Positions 38,333-47,986 of a stretch of 64,000 nucleotides of DNA are shown here, piece by piece (the first letter of the stretch is position 1; every line of letters starts with the position of its first letter). Below the pieces are notes generated by a model. The model did not search any database. It worked only from the letters and a program-made list of their open reading frames with translations, and was not told the origin of the DNA. Source of the DNA: Enterobacter phage CC31; sequence record NC_014662.1; one strand, written 5' to 3'. The translations under genes and the position numbers were made by a program.

Positions 38333-38582
38333 TGACTGTAACCTCAAGCTTATCATCTAAACCAATATCCTTAAGCGCATCAGTCATTCGACGAATACGA
38401 GCAGTAACTTCTTCAGGAGAAAGTTTAGGCTTATCATCAGTCTTCGGAGCGATAATCACTGCCATTCCGAATACCAAGAGTGCAGGTACAGCAACAATAA
38501 TTCCGTAAGCAATAACAATATAAGCCAGAAGCTTAGATAAAGCAGTTCGAGTTCCGTTGAAGAAAGATTTGATATGTTTCAT
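38307..38582 (-). CDS. small membrane protein
   Basis: 91 aa with one long hydrophobic helix (LLAYIVIAYGIIVAVPALLVFGMAVII). Confidence 0.5.
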   Translation of the reverse strand: MKHIKSFFNGTRTALSKLLAYIVIAYGIIVAVPALLVFGMAVIIAPKTDDKPKLSPEEVTARIRRMTDALKDIGLDDKLEVTVNGKLTTKS

Positions 38583-38681
38583 ATTTTTCCTTAGGAGAAA
38601 GTTACGATACCGGCGAAAACATACAGAGCTGGAAATTCTTCACCCCAACTTTGAATGATGAAGTTTGCGTTTAATGCGAGT

Positions 38682-39167
38682 TTATTCAGGATGTTCATTG
38701 TGTTCCTCATTCCAAGTTCCGCTGTTAATCCACAGCCTTTGATTATCACTGCCTCTCCAAAGCTTTTTAGTTGGTAGAGACTGTTCATATTTACCATCGA
38801 TAATAACATCAACATAATTTAGCAGTTCCAAGTCCTTGATATCTTCGAACTTGTATCCCGTCCACATCCAAACATCTTTGTGAGGGTGACTATTATGTAA
38901 GCACTTGAGTAGTGCTTCTATAGTTTCTCTATTGTCTGGATAAAGAGGGTCTCCACCTGTAAGAGTGATTCCTTGAATGTAATCTTTGCTTAAAAGCTCT
39001 CTGATTTCTTCAATGGTTTCACCGGTGAACTCTGTTCCATTACGTGGATTCCATGTGGATTTATTATAACATCCTTCACATTTATGCAAACACCCGGTGA
39101 CGAAAAGAACGACCCTGCAACCAGGGCCATTCACAAAATCACAAGGATAGATTCTGTCATACTTCAC
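38682..39167 (-). CDS. nrdG: anaerobic ribonucleotide reductase activating protein (radical SAM)
   Basis: 161 aa; YPCDFVNGPGCRVVLFVTGCLHKCEGCYN almost identical to recalled T4 NrdG. Confidence 0.93.
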   Translation of the reverse strand: MKYDRIYPCDFVNGPGCRVVLFVTGCLHKCEGCYNKSTWNPRNGTEFTGETIEEIRELLSKDYIQGITLTGGDPLYPDNRETIEALLKCLHNSHPHKDVWMWTGYKFEDIKDLELLNYVDVIIDGKYEQSLPTKKLWRGSDNQRLWINSGTWNEEHNEHPE

Positions 39168-40986
39168 AGTGTTTCGTCCTGTGCATTATTTCTTTGTTCT
39201 TACCAAGATTAAATCCGCGTTCAGACGGATTACCAAGATATCCACAAGTGCGTCTGATTGTGTTCATCTTTTTAGGGTCTGATTCACCGCATTCATGACA
39301 GATAAATCCATCTTCCGTTGGAGTCATTTCATGAGTTGAACCGCATGTAAAGCACTTATCAACTGGCATGTTCACACCGAAGTAATCAAGATGCTCAACA
39401 GCATAATCCCATACAGCTTCAAGGCCTTTGAGATTGTTCTTCATATCAGGAAGTTCTACATAACTGATATGACCACCTTTGGCAATAAAGTGGAAAATAG
39501 ATTCACGGTCAATTTTACCGAACGGAGAAATCTTTTCTTCTACTGAAACATGGAAGCTGTTAGTGTACCACCCTTTATCGGTGACGCCTTTAATGTCACC
39601 ATGGACTTCAGCATCAATCTTACAGAAGCGATAGCACAAGTTCTCTGCTGGAGTTGAATAAAGACTAAAAGCAAAGCCAGTCTCTTTAGTCCATTCAGCA
39701 AGATAATCGTTCAGGCATTTCAGAAGAAGCTTACCGATATCAGCACCCAATAGAGTTTGAACTTCATGGATTCCGATGTACCCTAACGAAATTGAAGAAC
39801 GACCATTTCGGAAGATGTCGAGAATCTCATCGTTTGGCTTAAGACGAACACCAAAAGCACCTTCTTGGTAAAGAATAGGAGCTACCGAAGCTGTTACACC
39901 ACGAAGCGATTCAATACGAGCTAAAAGAGCTTCTTTACAAATCTTCAAACGGTCATCAAGAATATGGAAGAACTTGGTCAAATCTGGACGACCATCAACC
40001 ATACAATCGAGTGCTACTCGTGGAAGGTTAATTGTCACTACGCCAAGATTATTACGTCCGTCAAGAATTTCTTCACCGTCTTTGTTCTTCCATACGCCAA
40101 GGAATGAACGACATCCCATTGGAGAAACTGGAACAGAAGAACCAGTGATTAGACGGTTATTCTTTGAACTAATGATGTCAGGATACATTCGTTTACTTGC
40201 ACATTCCAATGCAAGTTGTTTGATGTCATAATTCACATCAGTTGGATGAAGGTTAATTCCTTCTTCAACAAACATAACGAGCTTAGGAAAAATTGGAGTG
40301 ATTCCGTCTCGTCCAAGGCCTTTGATTCTATTTTTGAGAATAGCTTTTTGAATCATACGTTCATAATCGCTTGTGCCAGTACCAAAGGTAATTGTCACGA
40401 ATGGAGTTTGACCATTTGAGCTGAACAGAGTATTGACTTCATATTCATAAGCCTGGAATGCATCATATACGTCTTTTTCTGTTTTCTCAATCGCGTATAC
40501 GTAGTCATTGACGTGCTCAATACCGTATCTTTCTGCATCACGTAAATGCTTAAAGAAAGTCTTCTCTACAAAAGGAGCAAGCACAACATCAACATTAGCA
40601 AATGTCGTTCCACCGTATTGATGAGAAGCTACTTGAGCAGTGATTTGAGCCATGATAGCAGTTGCTACACCAATTGACTTTGGAGTCTCAATTTGAGCAT
40701 TACCAAGTTTAAATCCATTGCTGAGCATACCCTTCAAATCGACTAAGCAACAGTTAGTGAATGGAAGAGCTGGAGAATAGTCTAAGTCGTGAAAATGAAT
40801 AAGACCTTTATCATGAGCATTTAGAACAGTAGGAGAGATAACCTGACGAGCAATGTGTTTTGAAACAATTCCTGCCATCAGGTCTCGTTGAGTTGGAAAA
40901 ACACGAGAATCTTTATTAGCATTCTCATTAAGTAAGTCTTTGTTGGTACGGTTGATTAAACCCTGGATTTCTGATTCAATTGTCAT
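39157..40986 (-). CDS. nrdD: anaerobic ribonucleoside-triphosphate reductase (glycyl radical)
   Basis: 609 aa uninterrupted; N-terminus and C-terminal zinc ribbon/glycyl radical region (RTCGYLGNP) match recalled T4 NrdD; no intron-sized interruption. Confidence 0.93.
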   Translation of the reverse strand: MTIESEIQGLINRTNKDLLNENANKDSRVFPTQRDLMAGIVSKHIARQVISPTVLNAHDKGLIHFHDLDYSPALPFTNCCLVDLKGMLSNGFKLGNAQIETPKSIGVATAIMAQITAQVASHQYGGTTFANVDVVLAPFVEKTFFKHLRDAERYGIEHVNDYVYAIEKTEKDVYDAFQAYEYEVNTLFSSNGQTPFVTITFGTGTSDYERMIQKAILKNRIKGLGRDGITPIFPKLVMFVEEGINLHPTDVNYDIKQLALECASKRMYPDIISSKNNRLITGSSVPVSPMGCRSFLGVWKNKDGEEILDGRNNLGVVTINLPRVALDCMVDGRPDLTKFFHILDDRLKICKEALLARIESLRGVTASVAPILYQEGAFGVRLKPNDEILDIFRNGRSSISLGYIGIHEVQTLLGADIGKLLLKCLNDYLAEWTKETGFAFSLYSTPAENLCYRFCKIDAEVHGDIKGVTDKGWYTNSFHVSVEEKISPFGKIDRESIFHFIAKGGHISYVELPDMKNNLKGLEAVWDYAVEHLDYFGVNMPVDKCFTCGSTHEMTPTEDGFICHECGESDPKKMNTIRRTCGYLGNPSERGFNLGKNKEIMHRTKHCEV

Positions 40987-41456
40987 TTTAAACTCTTACG
41001 AAGTTGCTTTTTGAATGAAGCAACAAGCTTTGGTTTGGAATCATCTTCAGAATAGGTAAACCCGTAAGCATTCATTTCAGCTATCATCTCGGGTTTACCA
41101 AGTCGACTGAATTCTTTTGACTTATCGCCAATGAAATTAGGATGAATGTTATTTTTAGTATAGTCATTCTTCAGATAGGTCAGCAAACTCTCAAGCCACT
41201 CGAGGTAGTCGACTTCACGACCTTTTAAACCAGAGCGGTTGAACTTATGCTTCATTTGACCTTCTGCTGCGTTACACAGATTACATAGTAAACCACGAAC
41301 TTTACCGGCTTTTGGTCCGTTCAATTCATGGTCGTGGTCAAGGTGGTTACTTTGAACATCGCCGTCTAATTCGCGTTTACAAATCGGACAGATACCATGC
41401 TGTGCATCAAATAGTCTTTGTTTTTCTTCTTTGTAGAGTTTGCTGGTCAATAACAT
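40983..41456 (-). CDS. 49: endonuclease VII (Holliday junction resolvase)
   Basis: 157 aa; nearly identical to recalled T4 gp49 (HLDHDHELNGPKAGKVRGLLCNLCNAAEGQMKHKFNRSGLKG). Confidence 0.93.
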   Translation of the reverse strand: MLLTSKLYKEEKQRLFDAQHGICPICKRELDGDVQSNHLDHDHELNGPKAGKVRGLLCNLCNAAEGQMKHKFNRSGLKGREVDYLEWLESLLTYLKNDYTKNNIHPNFIGDKSKEFSRLGKPEMIAEMNAYGFTYSEDDSKPKLVASFKKQLRKSLK

Positions 41457-41480
41457 AGTTCACCTCAATATTAGATGAAC

Positions 41481-41488
41481 TATTTATA
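41481..41488 (-). promoter_or_regulatory. late promoter TATAAATA upstream of gene 49
   Basis: plus-strand TATTTATA = minus TATAAATA about 25 nt upstream of gene 49 ATG; T4 gene 49 is known to have a late promoter. Confidence 0.5.
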
Positions 41489-41490
41489 GT

Positions 41491-41964
41491 TTAGAACTTC
41501 CTTGAGTTAAATTCAAGTTGAGCTTCAAGCCAACGAATATAATCTGCAGCAGCTTGCATCAAATCGTATTCTTCAGAATCACAATTTTCTTGACCAGCCA
41601 TTTTATAGAGCTGTGCAGTGATATCTTTTCCGTTAAAAAGGTTACGAGGGATATCTCCAGAAGAGCCGTATTGGTCAGAAGAAAGTTCTTCAAGTTCTTC
41701 AAGTTCTTCTAAATGATCAATCTCATCAGAGTAGAAGCACCAGAACCATGAATCTTGTCCGCTGATTTCTGGATGAGTAGCAGTTTTAACATGAACATAA
41801 GGGCCGTTCTTAAATTGAACAGAAGTCATGCCAGTTGATTCGCCTACTTTACTGATGCTCAGAACTTTAAATTCTGCGCCCTTAACAAATTCAGGGAATT
41901 GAGAAAGCAGCTCTTCATCTTCTGCAATGACACGAAAAACTTTATTCAGGAAACTCATATCCAA
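41491..41964 (-). CDS. hypothetical protein (pin/49.x position)
   Basis: 157-aa acidic ORF with EELEELEEL run. Confidence 0.5.
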   Translation of the reverse strand: MDMSFLNKVFRVIAEDEELLSQFPEFVKGAEFKVLSISKVGESTGMTSVQFKNGPYVHVKTATHPEISGQDSWFWCFYSDEIDHLEELEELEELSSDQYGSSGDIPRNLFNGKDITAQLYKMAGQENCDSEEYDLMQAAADYIRWLEAQLEFNSRKF

Positions 41965-42072
41965 ACTCCATATCGATTAATTCATTGTTGGTAGGTTCAT
42001 TATAATCATCTTCAGGAAAGCGTTCTTCTTCCTCTGGCTCGAGGGTTTCCCATCGAGCCGCATACCAAGGTT

Positions 42073-42384
42073 TTAGAGCGTAACCCATTCTGTGATAGTC
42101 TTAGTTACTTCACGTTCGCGTTTTTCAACCAACGATACGTCAGGTTCCATGTAGTACCAGTCAGTATGATACGAACCAGAACGAGTTTCATTTACGGCAA
42201 CGTGTACATCATGCTTCTTGCTGTAGTAAACTACTTGACGATATTGATACTTGTGATTCTGAGTCCATTCATCATGGTCTACTTCTTCAAGATAATCGGA
42301 ATCTTCAAAGTCATAATACTCTGAATGCCCATCATGGTCTTCCATGATTTCTTTCAGAATCTTTTCTTTCATTTCAGAAATCAT
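42073..42384 (-). CDS. hypothetical protein
   Basis: 103-aa ORF. Confidence 0.5.
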   Translation of the reverse strand: MISEMKEKILKEIMEDHDGHSEYYDFEDSDYLEEVDHDEWTQNHKYQYRQVVYYSKKHDVHVAVNETRSGSYHTDWYYMEPDVSLVEKREREVTKTITEWVTL

Positions 42385-42553
42385 TATTCACCTCGTAAAG
42401 TTTCAAGAACTTCATCATCAACCCAAGACTCTAAACCACTTGGAAGAGAACGTTCAACTTCCCAAAGCAAAGCTTCACATTCACGAAGACGATTGAGCTC
42501 AGCAGAGCAAATTACTTCTTCTTTCTTTGGGTCAATCAATACAGAGTTCAGAC

Positions 42554-42835
42554 TCATTTCAAATATTCCTTCAATTCAGTGAATCCACCGATAGGCGAAC
42601 CTTTTTCGTCAAAAATCTGGGGCATTGTCAGACCAACACGAGATGGTCTATTCAGACGCACCAGAAGCTCAGAGATAACTTCTTCATTAAAGATTGGTGT
42701 ACCATCAGCTTCATTACCTGAAGTCACAGAGATGAATTCGTAATCTTTACGTTTAGCATCTAACAGACGCTTAGAATTAATGCATGGAACACATTTAAAA
42801 TGCTTGCTGTCGTAACCGAAAACCTTGAATGTCAC
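42554..42835 (-). CDS. nrdC: thioredoxin (NrdC-like)
   Basis: FKVFGYDSKHFKCVPC (CxxC) and GLTMPQIFDEKGSPIGGF match recalled T4 NrdC; start placed at GTG 42833-42835 with GAGGA RBS. Confidence 0.8.
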   Translation of the reverse strand: MTFKVFGYDSKHFKCVPCINSKRLLDAKRKDYEFISVTSGNEADGTPIFNEEVISELLVRLNRPSRVGLTMPQIFDEKGSPIGGFTELKEYLK

Positions 42836-43088
42836 TAGAGATGTCCTCAATAACGGATGAGACTACTTTATCATAGTCGGGATGATTTTGTGTGCGATGG
42901 TCCCATTTAACACCAAGTCGTTTTGCAACTTCACGGTTAATTGAACCAAACGCAAATGAATGAGCACGGGTTAAAGCACTCTTCAAGACTGAATAAGAAT
43001 CCGGCATTTTACCATGGTCTTTATGATAAGCTACCATCATTCGGAGGAGGCTGTCTTCGGCCTCCATCATATATTCTTTACGGCTCAT
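42795..43088 (-). CDS. hypothetical protein
   Basis: 97-aa ORF. Confidence 0.5.
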   Translation of the reverse strand: MSRKEYMMEAEDSLLRMMVAYHKDHGKMPDSYSVLKSALTRAHSFAFGSINREVAKRLGVKWDHRTQNHPDYDKVVSSVIEDISSDIQGFRLRQQAF

Positions 43089-43378
43089 AGTTCTTTTAAT
43101 CTCTTATACGATTCGTGAGCTGCAATAGCAATCTTTTCACTCATTGGAAGAGAAGTGTTAGGTTGACTATTCAATTGATGGTATGCATATGTTTTGAACA
43201 TTATAACATCAAAATCAATTGAAGCGTGAAGAGAACGGTGGACGTGGTCCATGTTAAGATTTTCACCTTTTTCTTCAGCGTATTGAAGACAAATACGCCC
43301 GGCAACTTCGCGAAGCTCTTTAAACAGAGATTTCATCTCTTCAGTTTCGGAAATAGCACTGCTTTGAAATGGATTCAT
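43085..43378 (-). CDS. hypothetical protein
   Basis: 97-aa ORF, ATGA-coupled. Confidence 0.5.
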   Translation of the reverse strand: MNPFQSSAISETEEMKSLFKELREVAGRICLQYAEEKGENLNMDHVHRSLHASIDFDVIMFKTYAYHQLNSQPNTSLPMSEKIAIAAHESYKRLKEL

Positions 43379-43710
43379 TTGACCGCCTTAACACCAGGAA
43401 TTTTAGAGATAGTTTCGAATACTTCGTCAAAATCGTCTTTATTGATTGTGACTACAATAGTACGAGTTGTTTGCTTCTTTTTCCAACGCTTAAAGAAAGT
43501 TTCTAAACGAAGGTCATGAGCTGCAAAACTATCTTCATTATGCTTATAAACATACCCAGATTCGATTGTAACTACTGCGTCTGGAGCTGGGTTTTCATAT
43601 TCTTCAACTTCTACATCATCGAATAGGACTAATGTGTCGTCATGATAATAGCCTTCCCAGAAGGCTTCATCGTTATAGAATTCTTTCCAAAGTGCGCCAG
43701 TAGTTTTCAT
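43375..43710 (-). CDS. hypothetical protein
   Basis: 111-aa ORF, ATGA-coupled. Confidence 0.5.
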   Translation of the reverse strand: MKTTGALWKEFYNDEAFWEGYYHDDTLVLFDDVEVEEYENPAPDAVVTIESGYVYKHNEDSFAAHDLRLETFFKRWKKKQTTRTIVVTINKDDFDEVFETISKIPGVKAVK

Positions 43711-44222
43711 TTCTTCACCTCAGGGAAAGCTGCAGCGATACGTTCAGCAATTGCTTTATCGAGCATATTACCAAAGTGATTATTGATACGAGAAACAATC
43801 ATTTGTTCCCAGCGATGTTCAGTCATTCGAAGAGTATCTTCAATGCGGTTTTCTAATTTTTTGGCGGCTTCTTCAATGCATTTAGCGATTTTGTTTTGAA
43901 TGATATTTTGAGCAACTTCAATAGCCTCTTTACGCATTGCTTGGTCTAACTCAAATGTCGAGTCATAGTTATTCCAACCGCGCTTAGTGAAGAACGTTTT
44001 GAGTTCAGTTTCAACAGCAGCCTTCACTGAAGGAACACGAGCGCCAAGTAATTCAATTTCCTGCGAAACTGCTTTACGAATTTTGTTATCAGAGTCTTTA
44101 AGCACCATCTCTTTGACGATGTTCTGAATAACTGACTGTTGCAAGGCGGCACGAATTTCTGTTCCTTCTGGGAACAACTGACGAATTGTGTTGGTGTCTA
44201 ATTTTAAATCAATGAGTGACAT
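43707..44222 (-). CDS. hypothetical protein
   Basis: 171-aa helical-looking ORF. Confidence 0.55.
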   Translation of the reverse strand: MSLIDLKLDTNTIRQLFPEGTEIRAALQQSVIQNIVKEMVLKDSDNKIRKAVSQEIELLGARVPSVKAAVETELKTFFTKRGWNNYDSTFELDQAMRKEAIEVAQNIIQNKIAKCIEEAAKKLENRIEDTLRMTEHRWEQMIVSRINNHFGNMLDKAIAERIAAAFPEVKK

Positions 44223-44234
44223 AATATTTTCCTC

Positions 44235-44663
44235 TTAAATAATATCCGAATTCATCCAATCAATTACTGATTTAGGTAAACATACTATCACAGAAAAGAA
44301 GAAAGCAAGTATATAAGTGATAATATAAAGGAACGCTGAACCAAATGACCAAGCAACGTTCCATCCTTGGCGATATTCAGAATAGATTAGTTCTGGTCGT
44401 ATTTCTAAATCGTATGTTGAACCAACTTGCGCCATGCTATAAAAGGCAGGTGAAATTTCTCGGTCAAATCTTCGTCCGTTTTGGTCTTCATATACAGCGA
44501 TGAATTCAAGATGAGAATACTTACCGGATGAAGTTCCGGAATAAAGTTGAACTAATTCTGCTTTAATGAGCTGGTCTTTTGAAAAGTCAGGACGCACATC
44601 AGTGAAAATAGAGAAGCACCAAAAGCAAATTGCTGCTATGAGAAATTTCATACGAGTTGTCAT
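44235..44663 (-). CDS. membrane protein (N- and C-terminal hydrophobic segments)
   Basis: 142 aa; MKFLIAAICFWCFSIF and ITYILAFFFSVIVCL helices. Confidence 0.55.
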   Translation of the reverse strand: MTTRMKFLIAAICFWCFSIFTDVRPDFSKDQLIKAELVQLYSGTSSGKYSHLEFIAVYEDQNGRRFDREISPAFYSMAQVGSTYDLEIRPELIYSEYRQGWNVAWSFGSAFLYIITYILAFFFSVIVCLPKSVIDWMNSDII

Positions 44664-44917
44664 TTTAATTCCTTCACAAATTTATGAAAACAGATTCGGC
44701 ATTTCATCTGAAGTTGAGGAGTTTGCCAGTTAACTAATTGTACTTGAATACTATCACATTTTGGACAAGGCGTAACTTGTTTAGCTGCTGCTTCACGGCG
44801 TTCAACCATTTCCATCATCGCTTCCCAGCGAGTAGCGGCCAGAAGCCGCTCCATTCCTTCAGGGTCATCTAAAATTTCTTGACTTAAATCAACGTCTTCT
44901 GCTAATTGCTTTTTCAT
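44660..44917 (-). CDS. zinc-finger hypothetical protein
   Basis: 85 aa; CPKC...CRIC. Confidence 0.5.
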   Translation of the reverse strand: MKKQLAEDVDLSQEILDDPEGMERLLAATRWEAMMEMVERREAAAKQVTPCPKCDSIQVQLVNWQTPQLQMKCRICFHKFVKELK

Positions 44918-45912
44918 ACGCCAGCCTTAGGTTCAGAAATAACTTCTAATGAGATTCGCAATGTTTCCATTTGGCGTTTCAGCTGAATAGTACGTGAACT
45001 GATTCGTGAAACTTCGTCATTAAGATTACGTTTTTTCGTTTCAAGTTCATTGAACTCTTTTTCAAGCTCGTTAATTTTCGCTTTAATAACTTTGCCTGCA
45101 TCTACAGGAGTTTCAACAATTTCTTTGACTGTGTTAGGAGTCACAATTGGCTCTTCTGGAGCAACAAAATCTTCGCTTTTCTTGATATTCAAGTTCACCA
45201 TAATTTGATGCTGACGCGGTGTTTCCACAACAAGATTATGAAAACGAACGATATTCATTCGCTTAAGAGCTGAGATAATCTGCTTTGAGATTCGTTCCAT
45301 ATCACCGTTTTCACGCCCGGCACGAATGGTGATAGTCATTACATCTTCACTTTCTTCAATAAATGAAACCGTCGGAATGGTCCATTTACTAGTTGAAAGC
45401 ATGAAGTTAGTTTTAGCTTTGTCGTTTTCAGTCAGAAAAGCTGCACCCAGACGTAACAGACGAGGAAACTCAAAAGAAAACTGATTAATGATGAAATTAA
45501 CAGCGCTTTGATTATGCATTTTATTCGTGTGCACATTAGTTTTATCACCATCAGCGTTATAATAAAGAGCATTGTATTCGTCAGGAGCTTGCATTAAGTA
45601 ATGACGAAGACGGTTATTTGCTTTAACACGACGGAGAATTCCACTGGTGCGCAGTACATCAATCCAGGCGTCGGGTTTATTAGCATCTCCAGTAGCTATT
45701 CGCGTAGCGTTGATGCGAGCATCAATTCCCATTTTACCAAATTCAGTGTTTAAAATGGTTGAAATCCACTGACGAATACATCCAAGTTTTTCAATTCGGT
45801 CAGCTCGTAATCCTTCGCCTGGGACGAAGTTGAAAGATGCTTCAGCATTAGCAATAAGTTCTTTGATGTAAGTATTGAAATTGTTGTTGGTCAACACATT
45901 TACTAATTTCAT
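44914..45912 (-). CDS. hypothetical protein with C-terminal coiled coil
   Basis: 332-aa ORF; heptad-like charged C-terminus. Confidence 0.6.
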   Translation of the reverse strand: MKLVNVLTNNNFNTYIKELIANAEASFNFVPGEGLRADRIEKLGCIRQWISTILNTEFGKMGIDARINATRIATGDANKPDAWIDVLRTSGILRRVKANNRLRHYLMQAPDEYNALYYNADGDKTNVHTNKMHNQSAVNFIINQFSFEFPRLLRLGAAFLTENDKAKTNFMLSTSKWTIPTVSFIEESEDVMTITIRAGRENGDMERISKQIISALKRMNIVRFHNLVVETPRQHQIMVNLNIKKSEDFVAPEEPIVTPNTVKEIVETPVDAGKVIKAKINELEKEFNELETKKRNLNDEVSRISSRTIQLKRQMETLRISLEVISEPKAGV

Positions 45913-45962
45913 ATCTATTCCTTCATTGTCAGGCGTAAATTTGATTGAGAATCCGTGAAACC

Positions 45963-45988
45963 ATTATACATCACGGATTTTAAAGCAT
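45963..45988 (-). promoter_or_regulatory. putative MotA-dependent middle promoter with 9-bp inverted repeat across -10
   Basis: minus TGCTTTA (plus 45982-45988), 12-nt spacer, TATAAT (plus 45963-45968); inverted repeat AATCCGTGA/TCACGGATT at 45950..45979. Confidence 0.45.
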
Positions 45989-46194
45989 TAATCGAAGATG
46001 ATTGCGCAAATCCAAAACAGTGGCCAAGTTGCTACTTTAAAGATAAAAATCACCCAAACGATTGGCCAAGTCATGATAATCCATGCAGCAGTATCACCAT
46101 CGATGTCGATGAACCAGTCTTCTACAAGCTTAAAGAATCCAGTTGATACTGCGCCGATGGCTAAGTAAACCAGAATAGCTCCTATGATTTCCAT
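45988..46194 (-). CDS. small membrane protein
   Basis: 68 aa, two predicted TM helices; preferred over overlapping plus-strand ORF. Confidence 0.45.
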   Translation of the reverse strand: MEIIGAILVYLAIGAVSTGFFKLVEDWFIDIDGDTAAWIIMTWPIVWVIFIFKVATWPLFWICAIIFD

Positions 46195-46619
46195 AATATC
46201 TCTCTCGCTTCAATGATACAAAGTTGTGCTTGCTTGTAAGTATACACTGCTTCTTTTAGTTGAGCATTTGAAACTTGAAGATGGTCTTTATACCACTTGT
46301 TCAAGTCCTGATGCTTTTTAAAAGTTTCAACAAGTTTGTTATTTGCTTCAATTAAAGCTTCTTGAAGTTTATCAAAAGTCTTTTCAATAACTTCGCGCTT
46401 TACTGAACCATCATAGTTCAATTTACAGAGAATGTTAGCATGACGCCAAATTTCTCTGAGTTCTCCAAGGACGTTTTTCTTATCACCCCAAGTGAACTTA
46501 TAAAGCTCTTCACATATAGCTTCTGCTTGCTTTTCAGCTTTACCTTTAGCCATTCCAGCGTAGATATAAGCAGGAGGATAAAGGGCCGTGTTATCGACCC
46601 AGTTAGAAAGAATCAGCAT
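46182..46619 (-). CDS. hypothetical protein
   Basis: 145-aa ORF. Confidence 0.55.
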   Translation of the reverse strand: MLILSNWVDNTALYPPAYIYAGMAKGKAEKQAEAICEELYKFTWGDKKNVLGELREIWRHANILCKLNYDGSVKREVIEKTFDKLQEALIEANNKLVETFKKHQDLNKWYKDHLQVSNAQLKEAVYTYKQAQLCIIEAREILWKS

Positions 46620-47389
46620 ATAACCACCTTAGTTGGGCGCTTAAAGAACGAATGAGTGCTATCGTCTTTAGCATGTTCAAAAGTTGCAGAGAATTCAATG
46701 ACTCCACGATAATCCATCGGAACTGCTTTTGGCAGAGAGCCGTAGACCGTTGCACCGTTTTCAAGACGGACAGTCATTTTGACTTGCATCCCGTAATAAT
46801 CTTCCCAGCACTTAACTGAGACGACTTTACCTTTAACTATTTGCTTGCCAGTAGGTGCTTCGCCTTTGTTCTTTTTGAACGATTCATACAGTTCATCAAA
46901 GAACTTCTTAGAAGCTTCTTGAATAGCCGCAAGAATGTTCTTATGAGCTCTGACTTCAACCATCATAACAGTGGTGAAATCTTCAAGTTCCCAACGTTTG
47001 TAAGGTTCACGGACCTCGATAGGATGTCCGTAAAGTTTAAGTTCAACATACATTGCTGCAGTTAAACGAAGTTTCCACCATCCATGGTCTCCTGTATACT
47101 CTGGTTTATCAAAGTAATCAAGTTCCGTGACGTATGGAAGATAACTACCAGCGTGATATGCTTCCACTTCGCCTAAATCATTTTCCCAGAGATAACCATC
47201 GAACGGAGCATGTGGACGATCATCAATTCCCCAGGTTGGAGCAACCACCTTATCAAATCCTTCACGACCGTAGCGGGTCTTCGCCCATCCAGCATTCAAC
47301 TCCAAAGCGCGTTCTTCAACTTTCGCTCGGCGTGCAGCATGTGCTTTACGATTTTCATCTAAGATTGAATCGATGATTTCAGTTAACAT
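46613..47389 (-). CDS. hypothetical protein
   Basis: 258 aa from ATG 47387-47389 (GGAGA RBS) downstream of early promoter; track ORF start overlaps the promoter. Confidence 0.55.
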   Translation of the reverse strand: MLTEIIDSILDENRKAHAARRAKVEERALELNAGWAKTRYGREGFDKVVAPTWGIDDRPHAPFDGYLWENDLGEVEAYHAGSYLPYVTELDYFDKPEYTGDHGWWKLRLTAAMYVELKLYGHPIEVREPYKRWELEDFTTVMMVEVRAHKNILAAIQEASKKFFDELYESFKKNKGEAPTGKQIVKGKVVSVKCWEDYYGMQVKMTVRLENGATVYGSLPKAVPMDYRGVIEFSATFEHAKDDSTHSFFKRPTKVVIC

Positions 47390-47419
47390 TTTGTTTCTCC
47401 ATTGGTTGATTACGAGACT

Positions 47420-47449
47420 ATCATATACTAGCTTTTCAAGGATGTAAAC
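47420..47449 (-). promoter_or_regulatory. T4-type early promoter
   Basis: minus GTTTAC (plus 47444-47449), 18-nt spacer, TATGAT (plus 47420-47425). Confidence 0.45.
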
Positions 47450-47521
47450 GGTTGAATGCGGATTCACCAGAACGGTTGAGAGGAACTTTCTTGGGAAGGA
47501 TGATAAATCATATTACGAGGA

Positions 47522-47549
47522 TACAAAAATGCCCCAGCGAAGCCGGGGC
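47522..47549 (-). terminator. intrinsic terminator (GC stem with G-U wobble + U-run)
   Basis: hairpin 47531..47549; plus-strand A-run gives minus U-tail; after stop at 47555. Confidence 0.6.
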
Positions 47550-47554
47550 GAACT

Positions 47555-47986
47555 TTAGTGATAAGCTGGAGTATTAGGGTCGCCAGAAAACCACACAGAC
47601 TTTTCTATAACAGCTGTTTGCAATTGATTGTTATAAAGAGTCTCATTAATAATTTTTTCCATCTCAAACAAATGTGCAGCTTGCAACTGCTCACGGTCCA
47701 TTGAGATTAGAGCTTTACAGCGTTTCTTATGATATAGACGCTTACCTGTATTGTTATCGGGAGTGTCATCACAAGCTGTTGCATTACGAATCCAATCGTC
47801 TGATGCTTCATCAATAGCATTTTTGTATTCTACTATAGAATCAGTCATGCGGTTATAAAAGTCTAGTTTAGCTTCTTTATTGTTCTTTTGAAACATTTCC
47901 AAAGCAATTGATTTTAAACTCACTGCTTCCACTCCTCTGTTCGACCTATTCGGTCGGGGTGACAATTCCAGAAATAGTCCTTGCAC
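47555..47986 (-). CDS. hypothetical protein
   Basis: 143-aa track ORF; real start may be GTG near 47923 (GAGGAG RBS). Confidence 0.45.
   Translation of the reverse strand: MQGLFLELSPRPNRSNRGVEAVSLKSIALEMFQKNNKEAKLDFYNRMTDSIVEYKNAIDEASDDWIRNATACDDTPDNNTGKRLYHKKRCKALISMDREQLQAAHLFEMEKIINETLYNNQLQTAVIEKSVWFSGDPNTPAYH

Noticed and set aside
38591-38815. 74-aa minus-strand ORF overlapping the 3-prime end of nrdG
   Set aside because: Overlaps nrdG by about 130 nt in another frame; hydrophobic translation; nrdG is strongly supported.
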